The notes below the pieces were generated by a model that did no database searches, was not told the origin of the DNA, and saw only the letters and a list, made by a program, of their open reading frames with translations. From IMG/VR virus record IMGVR_UViG_3300042445_002563: a stretch of DNA of 64,000 nt; one strand, given 5' to 3'. The DNA is from an uncultured virus (IMG/VR IMGVR_UViG_3300042445_002563). Taxonomy: Duplodnaviria; Heunggongvirae; Uroviricota; Caudoviricetes. The first letter of the stretch is position 1. Every line of letters starts with the position of its first letter. Position numbers and translations under genes: made by a program. Shown piece by piece: positions 10,640 through 18,377 of this stretch.

Positions 10640-11343
10640 TTGACTGTGCATGCGTGATACACAGTTCAGGCTATGACTGGACCTATGTGGATCGACTGTA
10701 CAACATGCTGAACCGACACTTGTCCGGCGGCATACGTATGCATGTGTATACTGAAGCCGATAGACCAGTTCCGGACCACATGATCAAACACACACTTACC
10801 GATTGGCCAGGCATTGCTGGACCACGACGCAGTTGGTGGTACAAATTACAGCTATTCAATCCTGAACATCATGCTGGTAATTTGTTGTATCTCGATCTTG
10901 ACATGGTACTGGTTCGCAGTATTGACTGGGTGCGAGATCTTGATCCTGGCCAATTCTGGGCCATACGAGATTTTCATTATCTTCAGCGACCCCATGTGAC
11001 CAAGATCAACAGCAGCATGATGTGGTTCAACGTGTCCGCCCACAGTCATGTGTGGCAGCAGTTTGCAGCCAGCGATATAGAAAAAACCAGTCGCAGATAC
11101 CCAGGAGATCAAGATTATCTTGCACAGGTAATTGATCGACATCAGCAAAGATTTTTTGAAGATCGATATTTTCAAAGCTATCGCTGGCAATGCCTGGACG
11201 GTGGATTTGACTTCCAAAAACGCCTTTATCATGCCCCGGGCACTGGTGTTGCAGTTGCCGGAGATACTGCGGCCATTGTGTTCCATGGCCGCCCTAACCC
11301 ACACGAAACACAGGACCCACTGATAGTTGAACATTGGCAGTGA
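10603..11343 (+). CDS. Putative glycosyltransferase (GT-A fold)
   Basis: WWYKLQLF, YLDLD, NSSMM, GDQDY and VFHGRP. Confidence 0.75.
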   Translation: MAKKNLARFDGVIDCACVIHSSGYDWTYVDRLYNMLNRHLSGGIRMHVYTEADRPVPDHMIKHTLTDWPGIAGPRRSWWYKLQLFNPEHHAGNLLYLDLDMVLVRSIDWVRDLDPGQFWAIRDFHYLQRPHVTKINSSMMWFNVSAHSHVWQQFAASDIEKTSRRYPGDQDYLAQVIDRHQQRFFEDRYFQSYRWQCLDGGFDFQKRLYHAPGTGVAVAGDTAAIVFHGRPNPHETQDPLIVEHWQ

Positions 11344-11369
11344 TTTACAACATCCAGTGCACACACACC

Positions 11370-11421
11370 TATAAATACTATTCCAATAACAGTTGACACT
11401 AGTGTTACAGACTGTTATAGT
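11370..11421 (+). promoter_or_regulatory. Tandem T4-type late promoter and sigma70 promoter upstream of the porin gene
   Basis: TATAAATA at 11370-11377; TTGACA 11393-11398, 17 bp spacer, TATAGT 11416-11421. Confidence 0.75.
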
Positions 11422-11447
11422 AAACTACTTCAAACAAGGAGAAATCA

Positions 11448-12335
11448 ATGAAGAAATATGCTTTAGTAATGGCCCTAGCATTGGCCGCATCCCTGGCGCA
11501 AGCCGACGTTGCTGTGTACGGTAAAGTACGCCAGTATTTGAATACCGACGCTGTTGGCACTGCCAGCGGTGTTACTGCGTTGACAAATGATACCAGTCGA
11601 ATTGGTTTCCGTGCCAGTGAAAAGTTGGCCAATGGTTTCACCGCTGCTGCTGTTGTTGAAACCAGCGTGTTGGCCGATGCTCCGGGTGCTACAAGCCTGG
11701 GCGATCGCGAAAGCACAATTGGCTTGTCCAACAAAATGATTGGCGTGCGTATGGGTCGTGCATCACATGCATATGATTCTGTAATTGGTGCATTTAGCCC
11801 TGTGAATGATTTTGGTGCCAGCACCGGAACAACTCACACTCAGCCCACAAGCCGCATTCAGAATGCTGTGTTTGGTGCTGTGAACGTGGGACCTGCTGCT
11901 GTTCGTTACGATCGTGGATTGTCCGAAGTTGCTGGCACTGATGACGTGCAAGCTACCAGTGTTGCTGCCACTTTTGGACCAGTTGCGGTTGGTGCTGCTC
12001 GCCACATCGGTTCTGGTAGTGACTACAACTCTGTTGGTGCTAGCTACAATGCAGGCATTGCCACTGTGTACGGATTGTGGAGCGAGCAAAAAACTGCTGG
12101 TGCCACTGTCAACACTGGCAAGAGTGTAGGCGTTGCTGTTCCTGTAGCAGGAACTCCTGTCACAGTAAAAGGTTCGTATGGTCTCAACACCGCTGACACC
12201 AAGAGCTACAACGTGCAGACCACTTATGCATTCAGCAAAACAACATCTGCTCATGCTGTGTTCCGCAAGGACAATGCAGTTCTTGCAGCCAACGACCGCC
12301 AGCAATTTGGTGTTGGTTTAGAATACAATTTCTAA
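11448..12335 (+). CDS. Gram-negative general-diffusion porin (betaproteobacterial type)
   Basis: Signal peptide ending AQA, DVAVYGKV, SRIGFRASEKLANG, amphipathic beta strands, C-terminal GLEYNF; AAGGAG RBS. Confidence 0.9.
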   Translation: MKKYALVMALALAASLAQADVAVYGKVRQYLNTDAVGTASGVTALTNDTSRIGFRASEKLANGFTAAAVVETSVLADAPGATSLGDRESTIGLSNKMIGVRMGRASHAYDSVIGAFSPVNDFGASTGTTHTQPTSRIQNAVFGAVNVGPAAVRYDRGLSEVAGTDDVQATSVAATFGPVAVGAARHIGSGSDYNSVGASYNAGIATVYGLWSEQKTAGATVNTGKSVGVAVPVAGTPVTVKGSYGLNTADTKSYNVQTTYAFSKTTSAHAVFRKDNAVLAANDRQQFGVGLEYNF

Positions 12336-12342
12336 ACCCAAA

Positions 12343-12404
12343 GTACTACTGTAAAAGTAGTACCTTTTTGTAACAAAACCCTGCCCTGTGCAGGGTTTTC
12401 TTTT
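12343..12404 (+). terminator. Two tandem hairpins with T tracts after the porin gene
   Basis: GTACTACT-gtaaa-AGTAGTAC (12343-12363) then CTTTTT; AAAACCCTGC-cctgt-GCAGGGTTTT (12375-12399) then CTTTT. Confidence 0.8.
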
Positions 12405-12406
12405 GG

Positions 12407-12460
12407 TTGACCATTAATGCCCAATTGGCTATAATACACACATAAACAGCAAAAAGGAGC
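12407..12460 (+). promoter_or_regulatory. Early promoter cassette, copy 1
   Basis: TTGACC 12407, N17, TATAAT 12430, ACACACATAAACAGCAAAAAGGAG. Confidence 0.9.
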
Positions 12461-12464
12461 CAGA

Positions 12465-12794
12465 ATGCAAGCAACAGAATTGGACACAAAAACAGCGCCA
12501 TTTGCCTGGGTTGCGGCCAGAGATGCGGCCATGAAAAGTTATGTCGCTAGCACTCTTTACACAGAGTCTCAAAAAGTTCGGGCCGAGCGTATGAAGTTGG
12601 GCCTTGAATTGGTGTACTCCTTCAAGCAAACCTACATCACTTACCGTAAAAAATTCATCACAATTAAGTTAGAACAAGCCCGTGTCAAAGACCGTAAAAC
12701 TCTAGCTCTTTTAGAGCAAGATTATACAGTTGAGGGCAGTATTACTAAAGTAGTAACAGATCAGGGTGTGACTTATCGTATTTTACGAGGTTGA
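12465..12794 (+). CDS. Hypothetical early protein
   Basis: Has its own promoter and AGGAG RBS. Confidence 0.75.
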   Translation: MQATELDTKTAPFAWVAARDAAMKSYVASTLYTESQKVRAERMKLGLELVYSFKQTYITYRKKFITIKLEQARVKDRKTLALLEQDYTVEGSITKVVTDQGVTYRILRG

Positions 12795-12844
12795 CTCAAA
12801 ATGCCCAATTGGCTATAATTAACGCTTAAACAGCAAACAGGAGA
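12791..12844 (+). promoter_or_regulatory. Early promoter cassette, copy 2
   Basis: TTGACT 12791, N17, TATAAT 12814, TAACGCTTAAACAGCAAACAGGAG. Confidence 0.9.
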
Positions 12845-12849
12845 TTGAA

Positions 12850-13041
12850 ATGGACTACGCTAAACAACTGGAAATTGTCACCAACTGGGGTCGGGGCCAC
12901 AACATCCAGGGCGGCATGATGAAAACTCTGCAGGCCATGCAGGCATGTGGGTCAGACGAACTGCATCGCGATGAGCGTCAAGCATCGCGGTTGTTGATGG
13001 ATCACTTTCAACAGTTGTTTGCCCGTGTGCAAAACGGTTGA
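12850..13041 (+). CDS. Hypothetical early protein
   Basis: Cassette promoter and RBS upstream. Confidence 0.7.
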   Translation: MDYAKQLEIVTNWGRGHNIQGGMMKTLQAMQACGSDELHRDERQASRLLMDHFQQLFARVQNG

Positions 13042-13090
13042 CCATTAATGCCCATTCTGCTATAATTAACACTTAAACAGCAACAAGGAG
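13038..13090 (+). promoter_or_regulatory. Early promoter cassette, copy 3
   Basis: TTGACC 13038, N17, TATAAT 13061, TAACACTTAAACAGCAACAAGGAG. Confidence 0.9.
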
Positions 13091-13096
13091 AGCAGC

Positions 13097-13318
13097 ATGG
13101 GCTACAAGGTACTAGCAGACAAGACAGAAATGGACCAGATGCGCACCCGGTACAGTCCACGCAAGGGCTTGGAAGGTCCATTCAACTTCTCAGGCCGAGT
13201 GTTGTATTATGACAACAAAGAGGGCGCCTACTACGATCCTACCACAGACTTCTATGTGGAGCAGGCGGAAATGGATCTGATCCATGCACGATTGATGACT
13301 GTTTTGAGCAAGGTGTAG
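13097..13318 (+). CDS. Hypothetical early protein
   Basis: GLEGPF...LYYD.KEG.YYDP.TD.Y pattern; cassette upstream. Confidence 0.75.
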   Translation: MGYKVLADKTEMDQMRTRYSPRKGLEGPFNFSGRVLYYDNKEGAYYDPTTDFYVEQAEMDLIHARLMTVLSKV

Positions 13319-13326
13319 TGTTTTTG

Positions 13327-13406
13327 TGTTGCAAAAAAGCAACACTCAAACGGTTGACCCTTAATCACCAAACTGCTATAATTAACACTTAAACAGCAAA
13401 CAGGAG
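13327..13406 (+). promoter_or_regulatory. Early promoter cassette, copy 4, with upstream palindrome
   Basis: TGTTGC-N6-GCAACA 13327-13344; TTGACC 13354, N17, TATAAT 13377, TAACACTTAAACAGCAAACAGGAG. Confidence 0.9.
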
Positions 13407-13413
13407 CCAGCAA

Positions 13414-13656
13414 ATGATCAAGCAATTTGTCCAAGTTAGTGCCCACAGAGACAGCAACAATTTTGCACATTGCAGTAACCTGAGCCTGATGGCTGATCGC
13501 GATATGAGTGCCCTGCAAGCCCATCGCTACCTGCAGGTCATGGCCGATGACTATGCCCAGCGCGGATACACCGTTGAGTGGATTCGTGAGGACTGGGATG
13601 CGGCCTACGAAGAAATGTACGGTGACCTGTTTGAGTCCCAGGTCGTGTTTAACTGA
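13414..13656 (+). CDS. Hypothetical early protein
   Basis: Cassette upstream. Confidence 0.7.
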   Translation: MIKQFVQVSAHRDSNNFAHCSNLSLMADRDMSALQAHRYLQVMADDYAQRGYTVEWIREDWDAAYEEMYGDLFESQVVFN

Positions 13657-13671
13657 AACAGGAGTTGACAA

Positions 13672-13875
13672 ATGTATAACTTAATTCTGGTGCTGGCCAC
13701 AGGTGTTACCACTGTTGGTAATTACGCAAATCTCAATTCTTGTCAAGCAGAGCTGGCACAATTTCAAAAACAAAATGTCACAGCGGCTTGCGTACAGCAA
13801 CCCAGCCCTGAACAAAGCATGGCACAAGCCCAGGCCATAATGAAGAATTTTATGAAAATCATGGAGCAAAAATAA
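13672..13875 (+). CDS. Hypothetical small exported protein
   Basis: AGGAG RBS, hydrophobic N-terminus, two Cys. Confidence 0.65.
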   Translation: MYNLILVLATGVTTVGNYANLNSCQAELAQFQKQNVTAACVQQPSPEQSMAQAQAIMKNFMKIMEQK

Positions 13876-13922
13876 CAACAATGTTGTTATTCTGGTATAA
13901 TACACACATAGACAGCAAGGAG
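13871..13922 (+). promoter_or_regulatory. Variant cassette: extended -10 promoter, with a palindrome in place of the -35 box
   Basis: AATAACAAC-aat-GTTGTTATT 13871-13891; TGgTATAAT 13893-13901; ACACACATAGACAGCAAGGAG leader like copy 1. Confidence 0.75.
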
Positions 13923-13927
13923 TACAA

Positions 13928-14173
13928 ATGATTGATCTAGCTCAAGAATACACAGTGGAGCACAACGGACGCTCTTACACATTCAAGCATGGTGATCCGT
14001 TTGATCGCGGCATGTCAGACAGCTACTACGGTCGTATCCGTGGTCCACACCGGGGTGGTGTTGGCGGCACCAGCGGTCTTCGTAACACAGACCTCTCTCT
14101 GCAAGAGATCGCAGACTACGGTGCAGGCTACAACTACAACGAGCACAGTGGCGAGAAAAAGAGCTGGGATTGA
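13928..14173 (+). CDS. Hypothetical early protein
   Basis: HGDPFDRG.SDSYYGR...PH...Y.AGY pattern; RBS. Confidence 0.75.
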   Translation: MIDLAQEYTVEHNGRSYTFKHGDPFDRGMSDSYYGRIRGPHRGGVGGTSGLRNTDLSLQEIADYGAGYNYNEHSGEKKSWD

Positions 14174-14222
14174 CCTTTATTCGCAGTTGTGCTATAATTA
14201 ATACTTAAACAGCAACAGGGAG
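14170..14222 (+). promoter_or_regulatory. Early promoter cassette, copy 6
   Basis: TTGACC 14170, N17, TATAAT 14193, TAATACTTAAACAGCAACAGGGAG. Confidence 0.9.
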
Positions 14223-14228
14223 TCCAAA

Positions 14229-14432
14229 ATGGGTTTTGAAACAGTGATTCTTGACAAGGTTAATACTGTTCTTAAATCAGACAATCAAGCCAGTTTCTTT
14301 TGCGGCACATTGAGCGTGATTTGCAACGAAGCAGAAGCTCGCAAAATCTATCACCGACTCCGTAAAGATCAATACAAGGTCCAAGTCAGTCTGGATGGAT
14401 CTTACGGTTACAACTTTGATTTTGTTGCTTAA
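14229..14432 (+). CDS. Hypothetical early protein
   Basis: Cassette upstream. Confidence 0.7.
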   Translation: MGFETVILDKVNTVLKSDNQASFFCGTLSVICNEAEARKIYHRLRKDQYKVQVSLDGSYGYNFDFVA

Positions 14433-14507
14433 ACGCAACACCGGGTTAGTTGACTAATAATCACCATTCTGCTATAATTAATACTTAAACAACGCACACC
14501 AAAGGAG
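14423..14507 (+). promoter_or_regulatory. Early promoter cassette, copy 7, with upstream palindrome
   Basis: TGTTGC-N6-GCAACA 14423-14440; TTGACT 14450, N17, TATAAT 14473, TAATACTTAAACAAC...AAAGGAG. Confidence 0.9.
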
Positions 14508-14513
14508 CCAACC

Positions 14514-15536
14514 ATGAGTGCAATTCGTATCGTTCGCGGAGAGTATCGTAAACGTCCCGTAGCTGATCAAGTGTTCAGTCTTGTGTCGGGCTTTCAGTCC
14601 GGTGCCAAAGGCAACTTTGTGACTGTAAAAAACGACGGCAATTTTCCTAACTGTCCTGATACGATCCGTATCCGTGTTGACAACATTTCTGATATTGAGT
14701 ATACTAACGGCATGACAGACACAACCACCAACGCTGCCAAGGCAGTGGCTGCACCAGCAGAAACAGAAGAACAAGCAATTGAGCGCATTCGTGAGCGTTT
14801 TGACATCCTGCACGAAATGACCAAGGCAGCAGTTACAGGTGACATTCGTGCCATGATTGTATCAGGTCCTCCGGGCGTGGGCAAGAGCTTTGGCGTGGAG
14901 CAAGAGATTGAAAAAGCCACCATGTTTGACAAGCTGGCAGGCAAGCGCCTTCGTGCAGAAGTTGTCAAGGGTGCTGCTACTCCCATTGGCCTGTACCAGA
15001 CTCTGTACAAGTATTCGGACGAAAATTGCGTAGTGGTGTTTGACGACTGTGACAGCATCTTGCTGGACGATGTGAGCTTGAACCTGCTGAAGGGTGCCCT
15101 GGACTCAGGCAAGAAGCGCAAGATTTCGTGGCTATCAGAAAGCAGCAGCCTGCGCCGCGAAGGCATTCCAGACAGCTTTGAATTCAAAGGCAGTGCCATC
15201 TTTATCACAAACTTGAAGTTTGACAAGATGAAGAGCCAGAAACTGCGGGACCACCTGGATGCATTGCAAAGTCGATGCCACTACCTGGACCTGACTCTGG
15301 ATACCATGCATGACAAGATTCTGCGTATCAAGCAAATTGCCAAAGATGGCGTGTTGTTTGCAGACTATGATTTTGAACCCGAAGTTCAGGACGAGATCAT
15401 TGCGTTCATGGACGCCAATCAGAATCGTCTGCGTGAAATGAGTCTGCGTATGGCAATTAAAATTGCAGACCTGCGCCGGATGAGCATGCTGAACTGGAAG
15501 CGTCTAGCAGAAACAACTTGCATGAAGGTGGCTTAA
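14514..15536 (+). CDS. AAA+ family ATPase with N-terminal extension
   Basis: Walker A GPPGVGKS, Walker B VVVFDD, sensor FITN and ALQSR. Confidence 0.85.
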   Translation: MSAIRIVRGEYRKRPVADQVFSLVSGFQSGAKGNFVTVKNDGNFPNCPDTIRIRVDNISDIEYTNGMTDTTTNAAKAVAAPAETEEQAIERIRERFDILHEMTKAAVTGDIRAMIVSGPPGVGKSFGVEQEIEKATMFDKLAGKRLRAEVVKGAATPIGLYQTLYKYSDENCVVVFDDCDSILLDDVSLNLLKGALDSGKKRKISWLSESSSLRREGIPDSFEFKGSAIFITNLKFDKMKSQKLRDHLDALQSRCHYLDLTLDTMHDKILRIKQIAKDGVLFADYDFEPEVQDEIIAFMDANQNRLREMSLRMAIKIADLRRMSMLNWKRLAETTCMKVA

Positions 15537-15537
15537 T

Positions 15538-15645
15538 ATGTTTGAAATTTGGGATGGTGACTTGTTCTTGTACGCTGTGGACACTGTGTACGAAGCCGAT
15601 GAACATGAGGCCAATGGTTTTACTGTGAAAGAAATTAAACAATAA
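15538..15645 (+). CDS. Small hypothetical protein, 35 aa (not in the ORF track)
   Basis: MFEIWDGDLFLYAVDTVYEADEHEANGFTVKEIKQ; starts just after the upstream stop, with GGTGG upstream. Confidence 0.55.
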   Translation: MFEIWDGDLFLYAVDTVYEADEHEANGFTVKEIKQ

Positions 15646-15681
15646 TCCTGGGCGCTGGTTGGCTCCGGCCCAGGCTTTTGG

Positions 15682-15713
15682 CAGGTACCCTTAAAACGGT
15701 ACCTGTTTTTTTT
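15682..15713 (+). terminator. Intrinsic terminator closing the early array
   Basis: CAGGTACC-cttaaaac-GGTACCTG followed by T8; another hairpin, CCTGGGC...GCCCAGG, at 15647-15674. Confidence 0.9.
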
Positions 15714-15731
15714 AATGTTAAATATTGCACA

Positions 15732-16859
15732 ATGTTTTGTTATAGTCCTTGGTCCAATATAGATTTTTCACCTACTGGTGCAATTACACCTTGCTGTAAA
15801 TTTCAGATCAAACACTATGACAAAATACACAATATCAAGACAGACTCAATTACTGCATATGCCAACAGTGATTTTTTAAAACAAATAAAAACTGAATTTA
15901 CCAATGACCAATGGCCGATTGGCTGCGAACGATGCCAAATTGAAGAACAAAACGGTATTGAAAGTAAGCGGCAACTTGACCACACTCGGTGGAAAGATCA
16001 ATACCAAATTTATCAGTTGACTGAAAATAATTTTATTACAGCCAGCATTGCATTTGGTAATACATGTAATTTAAAATGTATCACTTGTGGACCAACGTCG
16101 TCTAGCAAATGGCACAATGAAGCCAAAGACATTTACAACATAACAATAAAACATCATAAGTTTTTCAAAGAAGAATTTGTTACTGATTTTGTAAACAATG
16201 CCCCTGGTATTATTCATATTGACATCCCCGGCGGCGAACCCTTTCTAAGTGGAGTGCCGGAACAAAAAGCATTGTTGAACTATTATGTGTTGTCTGGGCA
16301 AGCCAGTAATATCACATTACATTATACCACCAACGCAACTGTATTTCCAGATGACGAATGGTGGGATTTATGGACGCATTTTAAAGAAATTGATATGCAA
16401 CTAAGCATAGACGGAGTTGGCAACCGTTATGAATACATTCGATTTCCTGCCAGTTGGATTGAGGTTAATTGCCATATTGACAATTATATTAAAAAATCAA
16501 ATCTCAATAATTTTAGACTCAGTGTTAGCCACACTGTCAGTGCGTATAACATTTACTATTTGGACGAATTTTTTACTTGGTGCAACAACAAAGGACTACC
16601 GCGACCTTGGTTAGGAAGGGTGCATTCTCCGGCGCACATGAGACCTGGCGTATGGCCCGATCAAATAAAAGATAAAATAACAAATCATTTAGAAAACAGC
16701 AAACACCTTGATGTAAAAACGTGGATCAAATTGCTAAAAAACACCAACGATTCTGATTATTTTGATTTATTCAAATCTAAATTGCACGAGCATGACGATT
16801 ACAGGAAGCTAGATTTTTCAATTGTATTTCCGGAACTAGCAGAATTTGTAGCAAAATAA
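15732..16859 (+). CDS. Radical SAM protein with N-terminal twitch/SPASM-like Cys cluster
   Basis: PCC...CERC, CNLKCITC, GGEP, YTTN and SIDG; start moved to ATG 15732, after the terminator and TAAATA. Confidence 0.9.
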   Translation: MFCYSPWSNIDFSPTGAITPCCKFQIKHYDKIHNIKTDSITAYANSDFLKQIKTEFTNDQWPIGCERCQIEEQNGIESKRQLDHTRWKDQYQIYQLTENNFITASIAFGNTCNLKCITCGPTSSSKWHNEAKDIYNITIKHHKFFKEEFVTDFVNNAPGIIHIDIPGGEPFLSGVPEQKALLNYYVLSGQASNITLHYTTNATVFPDDEWWDLWTHFKEIDMQLSIDGVGNRYEYIRFPASWIEVNCHIDNYIKKSNLNNFRLSVSHTVSAYNIYYLDEFFTWCNNKGLPRPWLGRVHSPAHMRPGVWPDQIKDKITNHLENSKHLDVKTWIKLLKNTNDSDYFDLFKSKLHEHDDYRKLDFSIVFPELAEFVAK

Positions 16860-16870
16860 TACCTATTGTT

Positions 16871-16899
16871 TTGACTTTGGTACTTAAATAGTGTATACT
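16871..16899 (+). promoter_or_regulatory. Sigma70 promoter with an embedded TAAATA
   Basis: TTGACT 16871, N17, TATACT 16894; TAAATA 16885-16890. Confidence 0.7.
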
Positions 16900-16907
16900 A
16901 CACAATA

Positions 16908-18377
16908 ATGAAACAAGCAACAATAGTGATTCGGGACGAAGTGAACATCAAAATTGAGGGCCTTGATCTTGACTGTAGGAAGAAACTGGTCAGCACATTC
17001 AAGTATGAAATCCCCGGAGCAAGATATCAGCCCGCAGTAAGACTGGGGCGGTGGGACGGCAAAGTGGCTTACTTTCAATTGGGTGGTTCCAGCTACATCA
17101 ATCTCTTGCCTGAAATTGTTCCTATTCTAGAACGATACGATTATAACATTGAACTGGATGATCAACGTGATTATTCCACGGTGTTTGATTTTGTACAGGT
17201 AACAGAAGATTCATTTGCACACAAGACTTGGCCGGTGGGGCATCCTGCTGTGGGTCAGCCCATTCTGTTGCGTGACTATCAAGTGGAGATCGTCAACAAC
17301 TACCTGCAGAATCCGCAGTGCATACAAGAAGTGGCCACAGGCGCAGGCAAAACACTTATGACTGCTGCCTTGAGTCAAAGCGTGGAGGCATATGGTCGCA
17401 GTATCATTATTGTGCCCAACAAGAGCTTGGTAACACAAACAGAAAAAGACTATGTCAATCTAGGCCTGGATGTGGGTGTGTATTTTGGTGATCAAAAAGA
17501 CTATGACCGAACACACACCATATGCACATGGCAAAGTCTAAACAACATGATGAAAAAAACCAAGTCGGGTGAAGCTGAAGTGAGCATTCAGGACTTTATT
17601 CAAGGCGTGGTCTGTGTGATTGTGGACGAAGTACACATGGCCAAGGCAGATGCCTTAAAGACCTTGCTCACAGGTGTGATGGCTAGAGTGCCAATTCGAT
17701 GGGGACTAACAGGAACTGTGCCCAAAGAAAAGTTTGAAAGCCAAAGTCTGCTGGTAAGCCTGGGTCCTGTTATCAGCAAGCTCAGTGCTAGTGAACTGCA
17801 AGATCGTGGAGTGCTGGCACAGTGCCACGTGAACATTGTGCAACTGATAGACCATGTGGAATACAGCAACTATCAAAGTGAACTAAAATACCTGCTGGAA
17901 GAGTCAGGTAGATTAGACACCATAGCTGACCTGGTGCGTCGAGTAAACGAAACTGGCAATACCTTGGTGTTGGTTGACCGCACAGAGTGTGGTAGACAAC
18001 TGGTAGCACGACTGGGAGAAAAAGCTGTGTTTGTGTCCGGAGCAACAAAGGGCACAAAGAGACAAGAAGAATATGACGAAGTGGCAGATGCCACAGACAA
18101 GATCATTGTGGCCACTTACGGTGTGGCCGCTGTGGGTATTAATATCCCCCGTATTTTTAATCTGGTTCTTATTGAGCCCGGAAAGAGCTTTGTTCGAGTT
18201 ATACAATCAATTGGGCGCGGCATTAGAAAAGCCGAAGACAAAGATCATGTGCAGATCTGGGACATAACCAGCACATGCAAGTTTGCCAAACGCCATTTGA
18301 CCAAACGCAAAGCCTTTTATAAAGAGGCCAATTATCCGTTCTCAGCAGAAAAACTAGACTGGATGAAAATCAAATGA
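16908..18377 (+). CDS. uvsW: UvsW-like SF2 DNA helicase
   Basis: LRDYQ, ATGAGKT, DEVH, GLTGT and QSIGRGIR. Confidence 0.85.
   Translation: MKQATIVIRDEVNIKIEGLDLDCRKKLVSTFKYEIPGARYQPAVRLGRWDGKVAYFQLGGSSYINLLPEIVPILERYDYNIELDDQRDYSTVFDFVQVTEDSFAHKTWPVGHPAVGQPILLRDYQVEIVNNYLQNPQCIQEVATGAGKTLMTAALSQSVEAYGRSIIIVPNKSLVTQTEKDYVNLGLDVGVYFGDQKDYDRTHTICTWQSLNNMMKKTKSGEAEVSIQDFIQGVVCVIVDEVHMAKADALKTLLTGVMARVPIRWGLTGTVPKEKFESQSLLVSLGPVISKLSASELQDRGVLAQCHVNIVQLIDHVEYSNYQSELKYLLEESGRLDTIADLVRRVNETGNTLVLVDRTECGRQLVARLGEKAVFVSGATKGTKRQEEYDEVADATDKIIVATYGVAAVGINIPRIFNLVLIEPGKSFVRVIQSIGRGIRKAEDKDHVQIWDITSTCKFAKRHLTKRKAFYKEANYPFSAEKLDWMKIK

Noticed and set aside
12407..14507. Repeated ~50-bp units as a CRISPR array or integron attC sites
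   Set aside because: Spacing is irregular (about 250-540 bp), the spacers are whole ORFs, the repeats are promoter+RBS rather than palindromic, and no cas or integrase gene is in the window.
11405..15226. Long antisense ORFs (11405-11824, 11763-12305, 14594-15226; also 42784-43389)
   Set aside because: They are shadows of well-supported sense genes, with no recognisable motifs.
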